64,000 nucleotides of DNA, taken from contig CAVZZO010000001.1 of the NCBI GenBank assembly GCA_963779755.1, positions 864,001-928,000 on the forward strand, written 5' to 3'. This DNA comes from an uncultured Gemmatimonadales bacterium (GTDB lineage: Bacteria > Gemmatimonadota > Gemmatimonadetes > Gemmatimonadales > GWC2-71-9). The translations under genes and the position numbers were made by a program. This document shows positions 1 to 9,104 of the stretch, piece after piece. Each line of letters begins with the position of its first letter. Position 1 is the stretch's first letter. The notes beneath the pieces are model-generated. The model worked only from the letters and a program-made list of their open reading frames with translations, ran no database searches and was not told where the DNA came from.

Positions 1-731
1 ATGCCCAGCTCCTCTGCCAGCGTCACGTGGCCCGCCTCGCTGAAGTTGCCGCTCACGTAGAGCCACTCGACCGGTCCGCCGTTCCCGTTGCCGCCGTTCT
101 CGTTGCCGCCGTGCCCCGCCAGGGTCGACGCTACGCACCGGTACGCATCGGCCGTCGGCAGCACGTCGACGTCGGTTCGCTGCAGCAGCCAGGGATGGTT
201 GCAGGCGACCCGCCGGATGCTCCGGTTCCGGGAATAGTCCCGGAACCGCAGCTGCAGCGACGGCCGGCGCAGGAGCCGCAGGTTCACCAGCGCCTTTTCC
301 AGATAGCGCCGGGTGCCGATGTAGAGCCCGAGTCCCTCTTCGTAGAGCACCACGTTGCGCCAGCGGGCACGGGTCTCCTGCAGCACCAGGCGGAAGAAGA
401 TCTGGTTGTCGTTGCCGGCGTAGATATCCGTGGTGCGGGGCGGCGTCTTGCCCAGCACTCGCCGGATGCAGGCCCGGGCCGGACGCAGCTCATCGATCCC
501 CCCCGGCAGCCAGGGCTTGAGCCGGCGGAACCCGGCGCAATCGTCCGGTTCGATTCCCCCGGCCAGGACCAGCCGGTCGAGCGTATCCAGCGGCCGGTCG
601 CCGTGCCAGAGCACCCGCACCTCCGGATAGCGCGGACGGATCAGCCGGGCCACCGCCTGGGCCATCACCAGCTGGTGATAGGTGCCGCAGAGCACGACGG
701 CCCGCGTGGCGCGCTCGGTCCGGCGGCTCAC
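1..731 (-). CDS. Putative nonulosonic acid/sialyl-transferase (GT38/GT52-like), 3' end runs off the window
   Basis: Not in the ORF track. Manual translation from GTG at 731 (GTGA overlap with the flippase stop) is open to base 1: MSRRTERATRAVVLCGTYHQL...IYAGND...VVLYEEGLGLY. The (D/E)(D/E)G motif is typical of bacterial sialyltransferases, and the gene lies in a NeuB operon. Confidence 0.6.
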   Translation of the reverse strand, partial: MSRRTERATRAVVLCGTYHQLVMAQAVARLIRPRYPEVRVLWHGDRPLDTLDRLVLAGGIEPDDCAGFRRLKPWLPGGIDELRPARACIRRVLGKTPPRTTDIYAGNDNQIFFRLVLQETRARWRNVVLYEEGLGLYIGTRRYLEKALVNLRLLRRPSLQLRFRDYSRNRSIRRVACNHPWLLQRTDVDVLPTADAYRCVASTLAGHGGNENGGNGNGGPVEWLYVSGNFSEAGHVTLAEELG

Positions 732-2062
732 GAGCTCACCGCCCCGGCCGCCGGCGCGACCGGCGCCGGTGCACGCCGGAGAATGCGGTGGGTGGCGCTC
801 CAGAGCATCGCGACGTACACCATCTGGGTGATGAGCGTCGCGCCCGCCACGCCGGTAATGCCGTAGCCCGCGCGCAGGGCGAGCCAGTTGAGCACGAAAT
901 CCAGCGCGAGGGCGCATACCTGCAGGCCCAGGTAAAGGCGCTGCCGGTTCACCGTATTGAGGAAGTTCCCGAACGTCCCCATGAACGAGAGGAAGAACAC
1001 CGCTACCAGGGTGAGCCGGAACGCCGGGATGCCCGGGGTGTACTGCGGCAGGAACCAGGCGATGAGCGGCGGGCCGGCCAACCACGCCAGCAGCAGCAGC
1101 GGCGTCATGACCGCAAAGAGCAGCCCCACCGGCCGGTAGACCAGCCGGCGCAGCGACGCCGCCGTGCCGGTGCGGCCGTACTCCCGGGCCATCCGGGGGT
1201 AGATCATCTGGGAGACGCTGCGGGGGATCAGCATCATGGTGCCGTAGGCCATGAACGCGAGACTGTAGAAGCCCAGCGCCTCCTTGCCCAGGAACCCGAT
1301 CACCATGAACCGGTCGAGGCTGGTCAGCATGCCGTAGGCGAACCCCACGGCCATGATGGGAAAGCCGATCTGCGCCAGGTCCACCATGCGGCGCCAGTCC
1401 CAGCGCAGCCGCGGCCGCACCGGCGCCAGCCGCATCAGCACCAGCGCTACGATGCCGTAGGTGGCGATCTGCCCCCAGAGAAAGCCCCGGAACCCGCCCA
1501 GGATGGTGAGCCCGATGACCACGGTGAGCAGCAGGAACGAGAGCAGGCCCTGCTCCAGCGCGATGGCCCGGAAGCGGGTATGCGAGCGCAGGACCAGCTC
1601 GTAGAAGACCTGGACCTGCTGCAGCAGGATGAGCAGCGCCAGCAGCCGCAGGCCCGCCGCTTCGGCGGGATCCCACGAGCCCGCCAGGCTCGCCGCCAGG
1701 CAGGCCGCCGCCAGCAGTCCCGAGCTGATGAGCGCAGTCGTGAAGCTCACATCGATGATGGCGCGGTTCTCCGCCTCTTCCCCCCGGCCGTGGTTGTAGG
1801 GGATCTCGCGGTTCATGGCGTTGAGCACCCCCAGGTGCCCGTAGCTCACCCCGTTGCTCAGAATCAGCAGCAAACCGTTCCACAGGCCGTAGAGCGTCGG
1901 CCCCAGCAGGCGCGCCACGACCAGGTAAGCGGCGAATCGCGCGCCCTGGTAGAGCACGTTGCCGCTCATGAAAGCGGCGGCGTCCACCGCCGTTTCCCGC
2001 GCGATGGACGCTCGCCGGAGACCGGCCCGGCCCAGGTCCTGTAACCAGCCGATGGCGCTCAT
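728..2062 (-). CDS. wzx: Oligosaccharide flippase (Wzx/MOP family)
   Basis: About 12-14 hydrophobic segments; ARLLGPTLYG and DRFMVIGFLGKEALGFYSLA motifs; start placed at the ATGA overlap (MSAIGW), and a later start at MSGNVL is possible. Confidence 0.85.
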   Translation of the reverse strand: MSAIGWLQDLGRAGLRRASIARETAVDAAAFMSGNVLYQGARFAAYLVVARLLGPTLYGLWNGLLLILSNGVSYGHLGVLNAMNREIPYNHGRGEEAENRAIIDVSFTTALISSGLLAAACLAASLAGSWDPAEAAGLRLLALLILLQQVQVFYELVLRSHTRFRAIALEQGLLSFLLLTVVIGLTILGGFRGFLWGQIATYGIVALVLMRLAPVRPRLRWDWRRMVDLAQIGFPIMAVGFAYGMLTSLDRFMVIGFLGKEALGFYSLAFMAYGTMMLIPRSVSQMIYPRMAREYGRTGTAASLRRLVYRPVGLLFAVMTPLLLLAWLAGPPLIAWFLPQYTPGIPAFRLTLVAVFFLSFMGTFGNFLNTVNRQRLYLGLQVCALALDFVLNWLALRAGYGITGVAGATLITQMVYVAMLWSATHRILRRAPAPVAPAAGAVSS

Positions 2063-2922
2063 GGCCCGTGCGGCGGAGGCACCACGTGGCGGGCCGGCTC
2101 CAGAAAGGCGAAGACGGTACACTTGCCGCTGGGCTCGTGCAGCCGCCCCAGCTCCAGTACCTCGAGCCGGGCGAGGCTCGCCAGCCGGCGCACCGCCTCC
2201 GGGTGATACACGGCGCAATGTTCGGCGAAGAATTCCTGCCGGTGGGTAAGGTCCCCGTGCTCCCGGGCCAGATCGCCGTCGGGCAGCTCGACATAGAGGA
2301 AGCCCCCCGGCGCCAGCAGGCGGCGGCCCTGCTCCAGCAACCGCAGCGGATCGGGGACGTGCTCCAGTACCTTGTTGAAGGCGACCACGTCGAAGCGGTG
2401 CGTATCGGGAAAGGTGTCCAGCGTGCCGGCGTGGCCCCATTCGACACCGGCGTGCTCCCGCGCATGCCGCACCGCTGCGGGGTCGGGATCGACGCAGACG
2501 CAGCGGCAGCCGTGCCGGCCCAGCTCCGCCAGGAAGACGCACAGGCCGCTTCCCACGTCCAGCACATCGGCCTCGGCCGGATCCAGTTCCCGCCGGCGCA
2601 TGAAGGCGAGCACCCGCGCCACCCGCCGCCGGTTGTCCGACTGGTCGTCCGGCAGCGAAAGGATGCGGGTGAACGGCGTGAGAAAGTCCCGCTGCCAGCT
2701 GGCCTGGTTATAGTCGCCGGTGTAGTAATCCGGGGAGAGCAGGGCATGCGCGTTCAGGTAGAGACCGCACTCCCGGCACTGGTAGATGGATCGCCGGTAC
2801 TGGCCCGGGGCCACGCCGTAGTCCTTCTCTCCGGCCGGCGGGCGGTCCAGCGAGGCGAGTAGCGCGGGATCACCGGCGCCGCAGAGCGGGCAGCGGGGTG
2901 GGGCGGCAACCGGTGCGGTCAT
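2059..2922 (-). CDS. Class I SAM-dependent methyltransferase with N-terminal Cys4 zinc site
   Basis: CPLC...CREC; VLDVGSG; VLEHVPDP; LAPGGFLYVELP. Confidence 0.85.
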   Translation of the reverse strand: MTAPVAAPPRCPLCGAGDPALLASLDRPPAGEKDYGVAPGQYRRSIYQCRECGLYLNAHALLSPDYYTGDYNQASWQRDFLTPFTRILSLPDDQSDNRRRVARVLAFMRRRELDPAEADVLDVGSGLCVFLAELGRHGCRCVCVDPDPAAVRHAREHAGVEWGHAGTLDTFPDTHRFDVVAFNKVLEHVPDPLRLLEQGRRLLAPGGFLYVELPDGDLAREHGDLTHRQEFFAEHCAVYHPEAVRRLASLARLEVLELGRLHEPSGKCTVFAFLEPARHVVPPPHGP

Positions 2923-3950
2923 GGGATGGCTCCCTCCGCTGCCGGGGCCAGGTCCTCCAGCCGGATGGGGCGCCCCCGGGCGACGGCGTGGCGCAGGGTC
3001 CGGCCCAGCAACTCGTCCTCCCGGCCGGGCGCGAGCCCGGTGCGCGGGCGCAGCCAGTCGAGATCCTCCCAGGCCACGCGCGCGCCCGCGGGTAGGTCGT
3101 GCCGCGCCACGATCGAGCGGCGTGCGGCCCCGGCCGCGGCGGCCTCCGCCGGCTGGACCCGCTTTCCCTCCTGGCCCAGCATCTGTTCCGCCTCCCGCAC
3201 CCGGCGCACCAGTTCCGCCAGCTCCGGCGGGTCGGCCGAGAGCTGGTGGTCGCGGAAACCGGACTGCTGCTTGTTCAGCGTGAAATGCTTTTCGATGATG
3301 CGGGCCCCCAGCGCTACCGCCAGCGGCGCCGCGGCCGGTCCGATGGTATGGTCGGAATAGCCCACCGTCTCCCCCAGGGAGGCCAGCGCCGGGATTCCCC
3401 GCAGGCTCGCCGCCTCGGGCGGGGTAGGATAGCTCACCACGCAGTGGAGCAGCGCCAGTTCCCCCCGCCGTCCCAGCTCCCGCCAGGTCTGGCGCAACGT
3501 GTCGCGCGAGCGGCGAATCAGATCCAGATCGGCCAGGCCGGCCGAGAGGAGGACCGGCTTCCCGGTGGCCGCCACGGCCCGCAGGAGCGGAAAGAAGTCG
3601 TTGTCGCCCGAGGCGATCTTGAAGGCGGGCACCAGCCGGTCCAGCCAGGCCACACTGTCGATGTCGAAAGGGGTGGAGAGGAAGAGCACGCCGGCCTCCG
3701 CGGCGGCGCGGCTCAGGCGCTCGAAGTCTTCCGGCGAGAGACGGAAGCGCTCCAGCTGGCGCAGCCGGTCGGTCTGGTCGGGCGCGACCAGGCGCTCGGG
3801 GACGATGGTCTGGAACTTCACGGCGTCGGCCCCCGCCTCGGCTGCCCGGCCGATCATCTCCCGCGCCAGCCGCACGTCTCCCTCGTGATTGTTACCGATC
3901 TCGGCCACAATCAGTACCCGCCGGCTGGTGTCGAACTCTCCGATCCTGAT
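2919..3950 (-). CDS. neuB: N-acetylneuraminate/nonulosonate synthase (NeuB family) with C-terminal SAF domain; probable ATC start
   Basis: AEIGNNHEG, DAVKFQT, FKIASGD, LLHCVVSYP, GYSDHT, IIEKHFT, RRSIVA. The ORF track starts at GTG 3908, but NeuB-like sequence extends to ATC at 3950, which has an AAAGGAG SD. Confidence 0.9.
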   Translation of the reverse strand: MRIGEFDTSRRVLIVAEIGNNHEGDVRLAREMIGRAAEAGADAVKFQTIVPERLVAPDQTDRLRQLERFRLSPEDFERLSRAAAEAGVLFLSTPFDIDSVAWLDRLVPAFKIASGDNDFFPLLRAVAATGKPVLLSAGLADLDLIRRSRDTLRQTWRELGRRGELALLHCVVSYPTPPEAASLRGIPALASLGETVGYSDHTIGPAAAPLAVALGARIIEKHFTLNKQQSGFRDHQLSADPPELAELVRRVREAEQMLGQEGKRVQPAEAAAAGAARRSIVARHDLPAGARVAWEDLDWLRPRTGLAPGREDELLGRTLRHAVARGRPIRLEDLAPAAEGAIP

Positions 3951-3966
3951 GGCCTGCTCCTTTCAA

Positions 3967-4992
3967 TTACCGTTCGAGGGTGACCCGGCCTTCCTGGTCG
4001 ATGGACACCCGGCCCACCTGGCGCGCCGGGTTGCCCTGCATCACGCTGTAGGGCGCCACATCGGAGGTCACCACCGTGTTGGCGCCGATGAGGCAATGGT
4101 CCCCGATGGTGACCCCCTTGGTGACGACGGCGTTGGCGCCGAGGAAGCAGCAGTGCCCGACGCGGGTGGGCGAATGGGTGATGGAGGCGCGATGGCCGCT
4201 CAGCGCCCGGGCAATGGTGTCGTGGCTGTAGATGTGCACCCCGGCGGCGATGCTGCAATAATCACCGATCTCCAGCCCACCGCTCCCATCCAGCACCGTG
4301 AACGGCCCGATGAACGTCTGCCGGCCCACCCTGACGTCGCCGAAGACGTAGGAGAGATGGGAGATATTGCTGCCCGCGCCGAACCCGAGACGCTCGGCCG
4401 CGGCCCAGCGGTCGAAGAGAATGTCCGGTGTGGGGATGGTCCGGTGCCAGCGCCGGCTGTAGGTCTCCTGTAGCCAGGCGAGGGCCTGCTTCAGGCCGGC
4501 GGCCTCGCCCGCACCCGCCCCGCCGGGGTTGTCGTCGCGCATGATGGCATGCAGCGCCTCCCAGTCCGGGTCCGGCACTTCTTCCTCATGCCGCTCCCGC
4601 CGCAACCACTCCTCCACTTCGGCTGCCCGGAGGACTCCCCGCTGCCGGATCCGGGTGGCCTCGAGGCCGTGCCGGTCCAGCAGCTCCTGCGCCTTGCGGG
4701 TCGGAGTCACCTCGGCGCTGACGGCGCTGCCAGCATCCGGCAGCGCCGCCGGATCGATCGGCTTGGCATCCAGGAACCCGATGACCTGGCCCACGCTCAC
4801 CCGGTCGCCGGGGCCCACCACCATCCAGACATGGCCCTCCTCCTCCGCATCGAGCGAGAAGGTGGCCTTGGTGGACTGCAGCAGGCAGAGGGTTTCGCCC
4901 GCGCTGCAGCGCACGTTGTTCCGGGCCCGGATCTCCACCACCTCGACCACGTCTTCGTTGGCGGTGATGCGGGGAACGGCCAGCGGTCTCAT
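3967..4992 (-). CDS. Fusion of lipoyl domain, E1/E3-binding (PSBD-like) segment and left-handed beta-helix acyltransferase
   Basis: N-terminal LCLLQSTKAT...AEEEG...GDRVSVGQVIG (lipoyl fold, Lys kept); TRKAQELLDRHGL...GVLRAAEV (PSBD-like); hexapeptide repeats IGDYCSIAAGV, VGHCCFLGANAVV, IGDHCLIGANTVVTSDV, and GNPAR; ATGA overlap. Confidence 0.8.
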   Translation of the reverse strand: MRPLAVPRITANEDVVEVVEIRARNNVRCSAGETLCLLQSTKATFSLDAEEEGHVWMVVGPGDRVSVGQVIGFLDAKPIDPAALPDAGSAVSAEVTPTRKAQELLDRHGLEATRIRQRGVLRAAEVEEWLRRERHEEEVPDPDWEALHAIMRDDNPGGAGAGEAAGLKQALAWLQETYSRRWHRTIPTPDILFDRWAAAERLGFGAGSNISHLSYVFGDVRVGRQTFIGPFTVLDGSGGLEIGDYCSIAAGVHIYSHDTIARALSGHRASITHSPTRVGHCCFLGANAVVTKGVTIGDHCLIGANTVVTSDVAPYSVMQGNPARQVGRVSIDQEGRVTLER

Positions 4993-5996
4993 AGCAGCTC
5001 CCGTGCGGCACGCAGGATGTCGGTGACCCCCGGCAGATGCGCCTGCTCCACCGGCGGGCTGGCGGGGATGGGCGCGAAGGCCGGGCCCACCATCCGAACC
5101 CGGTCGAGCGGCAGGCCGCAGCCCGCCTCGGCCAGACGTCCCAGGAGATAGGGTCCCCAGCCGGCCGCGGCGTATCCCTCCTCCACCGACACCAGCCCGC
5201 GGGCGCCGCCGGCGCAACGGGCGATGGGCGCCACGTCCAGCGGCGAGATGAGCGACGGGATGCAGAGGGTGACGGTCGCCTCGTCTTCAATGAGCAGTCG
5301 GTAGGCCGCCTCCAGGGCGTGCGCGGCCATCCCCCCATAGCAGCAGAGAACCAGATCGGCCGTTTCGGCGGGACGGGCGGTGTGAAGCAGGGTGAGCGGG
5401 AGGGCGCCGGGCTCGACTTCGCGCCGGAACCCGCGATCGGCCAGTGCCGCGTCGGTCCAGGGCTCCGCCGGGTAGTCGCTCTTGTTCTCGATGAAGAACT
5501 TGACTGCCGCGGGATGGGCGAAGGCCGCCTGCAGCAACGCCCGGGGGCTCAGGGCCAGGCTGGGCGCAATGACGGCCACCTCGGGCCAGCCGAAGTAGAG
5601 TTTCTCCAGGCTCTGGCTGTGGATAGGCCCATAGCCGCGGCGACCGCCCATGGGTGTCCGGATCAGAACCGACCCGCCGGACGTCTTGCCGCGAAGCCAG
5701 GGAAACTTGGCCGCCCCGTTGATCACGGCGTCCGCCACCAGGGTAACGAAATCGCCGAACATGATCTCGACGATGGGTCGCTGGCCGACATAGGCCAGGC
5801 CGGCCGCCAGCCCCGTGAACCCCGCTTCGGATACCGGCGTCTGCAGCACCTGGCCGGGGAACCGGGTGGAGAGTCCCTCGGTGGCCTTGAAGGCGCCGCC
5901 GTAAGGGTCGCAGATATCCTCGCCCAGGAGCAGGCTGTCGCTGTCCCGCTCCAGGATGTCGGCCAGGCCGGCGCGGATCTCCTCGACGCACCTCAT
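4989..5996 (-). CDS. ThDP-dependent 2-oxoacid dehydrogenase/transketolase-like E1 beta subunit
   Basis: LGEDICDPYGGAFK, TPVSEAG, RPIVEIMFGDF, GGRRGYGPIHSQS. Confidence 0.9.
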   Translation of the reverse strand: MRCVEEIRAGLADILERDSDSLLLGEDICDPYGGAFKATEGLSTRFPGQVLQTPVSEAGFTGLAAGLAYVGQRPIVEIMFGDFVTLVADAVINGAAKFPWLRGKTSGGSVLIRTPMGGRRGYGPIHSQSLEKLYFGWPEVAVIAPSLALSPRALLQAAFAHPAAVKFFIENKSDYPAEPWTDAALADRGFRREVEPGALPLTLLHTARPAETADLVLCCYGGMAAHALEAAYRLLIEDEATVTLCIPSLISPLDVAPIARCAGGARGLVSVEEGYAAAGWGPYLLGRLAEAGCGLPLDRVRMVGPAFAPIPASPPVEQAHLPGVTDILRAARELL

Positions 5997-6910
5997 GGCA
6001 CTTCTCCGATTCCCAGGCGCCGGACCGTCTGTTCCGCCTCCCGCCGGATGGCCGCGAACTCGGGGATCTGGCGCTCCAGCAGCAGCATCGGATCCCGGGT
6101 ACGGGCCAGAGCCAACTCCTCCTGATTGCGGCTGTCGTCTCCCTTGCTGTGGGCGCAGAGCCGCGCCGCTTCGACCACGAGTGCGGCCGGCCCCCGGCCG
6201 GAGCGGACCCGGCCCACCAGCGCCCCGGCGAGATCCAGGATCTCGAACACATCGGTGCTGTCGAGCTGCACCACCGGTATGCCCACCGCTTCGAACCGGC
6301 CGGCCGGCAGGCCGGCCAGCACCGTTTCCGTCGCCGCCGACTGGACCAGGTGGTTGTACTCCACGACAAAGAGGAGAGGCAGCGACCAGAGGGAAGCCAG
6401 GTTCAGCGCCTCATAGGCGGCGCCCTCGCACAGGGCGCCGTCGCCGGCAAAGCAGACGACGCAGGCATTCTCCTTGCGGCGCCGGAGCCCGAGCGCGATG
6501 CCCGCCGCCACCGGCAGGGTGGAGCCGAGAATGCCGTTCGACAGGAAGTGGTCGGTGGCCAGCACCTGGCTGCCGCCCCGGCCCCCGGTGACGCCCTCGG
6601 CCAGGCCCCGGAGCTCGGCATGGAGACCGGCGAGATCGCCGGTGAAGGCCAGGTAGTGCCCGTGATTGCGGTGGTTACTGACCACGAAATCGCGGCCGGG
6701 GTCGAGATGCCAGGTTACCCCCACGGCCGTGGCCTCCTGGCCGATACAGCGGTGATAGGTCCCCGCGATCTGCCCCAGCCGGAAGAGCGGGTCCAGCGAT
6801 TCCTCGAACGCGCGGATGAGAGCCACACGGCGCGCCACCGCCGCGCGTTGCAGGGGGGGCAGCGGCGCCGGGGCCGGACGGCCGGCGAGAATCGGATCGG
6901 GGAACACCAC
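5993..6910 (-). CDS. ThDP-dependent dehydrogenase E1 alpha subunit
   Basis: GQEATAVG, SNHRNHGH, GDGA..EG..YEALNLA...N ThDP motif, RLCAHSKGDD. Confidence 0.9.
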   Translation of the reverse strand: MVFPDPILAGRPAPAPLPPLQRAAVARRVALIRAFEESLDPLFRLGQIAGTYHRCIGQEATAVGVTWHLDPGRDFVVSNHRNHGHYLAFTGDLAGLHAELRGLAEGVTGGRGGSQVLATDHFLSNGILGSTLPVAAGIALGLRRRKENACVVCFAGDGALCEGAAYEALNLASLWSLPLLFVVEYNHLVQSAATETVLAGLPAGRFEAVGIPVVQLDSTDVFEILDLAGALVGRVRSGRGPAALVVEAARLCAHSKGDDSRNQEELALARTRDPMLLLERQIPEFAAIRREAEQTVRRLGIGEVP

Positions 6911-6913
6911 GGC

Positions 6914-7948
6914 TCAGGCCCCCGCCGGGGCCGGGTCCCACACCGACCGGTACCAGTTGATGTATTCCACGAAGCCTCGTTCCAGCGGCCAGTTCGGCTG
7001 GTAGCCGATGAGGCGGCGCGCCTTGTCCACCGACAGCGTGCCCCGCCGCGGCATCAGCTGGTCGCGGGGCTGGTACTGGATCGTGGCGTCGGGGAAGTGC
7101 TCCTTGAGGACGGCCGCCATCTGGGCGATGCTGCGCGACTCGCCGTAGGTGAGGTTGAAGATCTGGTCGCGCGCTTCCTCCCGGCGCAGCACCTGGGCGA
7201 CCCCGTGCACCAGGTCGCGGATGTAGGTGAAGTCGAGCCGTTCGTCGCCATCGCCCCTGATGGTGATGGGGTCGCCGCGCAGGGCGTTCTCGATGAAGAT
7301 CTGGCCCACCCGGCGGCTGATGCAGCGCTCGCCGTAGAGCGCGCTGGGCCGCACGATGGTGTATGGGAGCCCGAACACCTGGCCGTAGGCAATGACCAGC
7401 TTCTCGCCTGCGAACTTGAGCGCGCCGTAGATCCCCAAAGGATCGCAGCGCGTGTCCTCCGTGACCTCACCGTCGGTGAAGTTGCCGTAGACCATGCTGC
7501 TGGAGAAATAGACGAAGTGCCGGATCCTGAGCTTCCTGGAGCGGGAGACATCCAGCGCGTTCTCCAGGGTGCGCAGGCTGTGGTCGAAGGTGCTGTGCGG
7601 ATCCTTGTTGGAGCGGTCGGCATGGGCCACCGCGGCCAGATGGACCAGCGCGTCCGGATTGAAGTCGGCCACGGTCTGGCTCAGCAGGTGGTAGTCCCGC
7701 GAGTCCTGGACGAACAGCGGGATGTCCCGCTCCCGAAGCAGCTCCAGCCGCTGCTGGATGACCCGCAGGTACAGCTCCGGATCGATTTTGTCGGCCGTAT
7801 CCCGCCTGACGCTGTAATAGTTGTTTACCGCCAGGCTGTCGATGACGGCCACCTCGGCGCCGGCCTGCTTCAGCGCCAGCGCCAGGTGGTGTCCGATGAA
7901 CCCGGCCCCCCCGACCAGGACGATGCGGCGGTTGGTGAGGTCAGGCAT
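6914..7948 (-). CDS. NAD-dependent nucleotide-sugar epimerase/dehydratase (extended SDR)
   Basis: GGAGFIG, HLAA, SSSMVYG, YGALK, DFTYIRD. Confidence 0.9.
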   Translation of the reverse strand: MPDLTNRRIVLVGGAGFIGHHLALALKQAGAEVAVIDSLAVNNYYSVRRDTADKIDPELYLRVIQQRLELLRERDIPLFVQDSRDYHLLSQTVADFNPDALVHLAAVAHADRSNKDPHSTFDHSLRTLENALDVSRSRKLRIRHFVYFSSSMVYGNFTDGEVTEDTRCDPLGIYGALKFAGEKLVIAYGQVFGLPYTIVRPSALYGERCISRRVGQIFIENALRGDPITIRGDGDERLDFTYIRDLVHGVAQVLRREEARDQIFNLTYGESRSIAQMAAVLKEHFPDATIQYQPRDQLMPRRGTLSVDKARRLIGYQPNWPLERGFVEYINWYRSVWDPAPAGA

Positions 7949-9104
7949 GCTGCGTCACCTCCTGAATGGCGCCCTCCAGCGATTGGGCGATGAAGGCCAT
8001 GTCGTCGGGGTCGAGGTGCGGCCCCACCGGAAGGGCGATGGACGAATTACAGAGGCGGGATGCCACCGGGAAATCGCTTTCGGTGCCGCCGTAGCGCTCG
8101 CGGTAGAAGGGCATGAGTGGCACCGGGTGGGGGTAGTAGATGCTGGTCTGTACCCCGCGGCGGGTCAGCTCGCGCATGATGTCCACCCGCCGCGCCGCCA
8201 GCGCCGGCGCCAGGATGGCGGAGTGGCAGTAGTAGCTGCTCTGGAAGTCGCCGCCGCCGCCCGAAAGCAGGCTCACATCCTCCAGCTCCCGCAGGGCCGC
8301 GGTCAGCACTTCGTAGTTCTCTTTGCGGCGTGCCAGGAAGTCCGGCAGCCGGCGCATCTGCTCCACACCCAGCGCGGCGCCCAGCTCGTTCAAGCGGTAG
8401 TTGAAACCCAGCTCCTCCACTTCGTACAGGCCCGGAACCTTGCGCTCCTCCGGGACATTCCGGTCGATCCCGAAGGCCCGTTCCCGGGCAATACCGTCGG
8501 CGATAGCCTGGTCGCGGGTAATCAGCATGCCGCCCTCGGCGGTGGTGATGTGCTTCACCGGGTAGAAGGAAAAACACCCCACGTCGCCCCAGAGGCCGGT
8601 GTGCACGTCGCGGTAGGCGGCGCCGAGGGAGAGGGCGCAGTCCTCCACCACAAAGAGCCCGTGACGCTCGGCTAGCGCGCGCACCCGGCCCATGTCCACG
8701 GGCAGTCCCAGGTAATGCACCACCGAGATGCCCCTGGTCCGCGGCGTGATGAGCCCCTCGGCCTGGGTCAGGTCGAGATTGCCGGTCTCCGGCTCGGCAT
8801 CCACGAAGACGGGCGTGGCACCGCAGTATTCCACCGCATGAGCAGTGGCGGTGTGGGTCACCGCCGGGACCAGGACCTCGTCGCCGGGGCCGATGCCCCG
8901 GTGGAACCAGGCCAGATGCAGCGCGGCGGTGCAGGAGGCCAGCGCCACGGCACGGGGCGCCCCGGTGAAGGCGGCGAACGCCGATTCGAATTCCCGGACA
9001 ACCGGCCCGTGCGTCAGGACCGAGCCGTTCAGCACGGCGAGCACCGCCCGGCGCTCCTCCTCGCCGATCATGGGCCGGCCGAATGCGATGGTGCGCTGGG
9101 TCAT
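7941..9104 (-). CDS. DegT/DnrJ/EryC1/StrS PLP-dependent sugar aminotransferase
   Basis: SCTAALH, VVEDCA, FSFYPVKHITTAEGG, GFNYRL. Confidence 0.92.
   Translation of the reverse strand: MTQRTIAFGRPMIGEEERRAVLAVLNGSVLTHGPVVREFESAFAAFTGAPRAVALASCTAALHLAWFHRGIGPGDEVLVPAVTHTATAHAVEYCGATPVFVDAEPETGNLDLTQAEGLITPRTRGISVVHYLGLPVDMGRVRALAERHGLFVVEDCALSLGAAYRDVHTGLWGDVGCFSFYPVKHITTAEGGMLITRDQAIADGIARERAFGIDRNVPEERKVPGLYEVEELGFNYRLNELGAALGVEQMRRLPDFLARRKENYEVLTAALRELEDVSLLSGGGGDFQSSYYCHSAILAPALAARRVDIMRELTRRGVQTSIYYPHPVPLMPFYRERYGGTESDFPVASRLCNSSIALPVGPHLDPDDMAFIAQSLEGAIQEVTQHA

Noticed and set aside
4989..6910. Housekeeping pyruvate dehydrogenase
   Set aside because: No canonical E2 catalytic domain or E3 is present, and the genes are embedded in a glycan operon.
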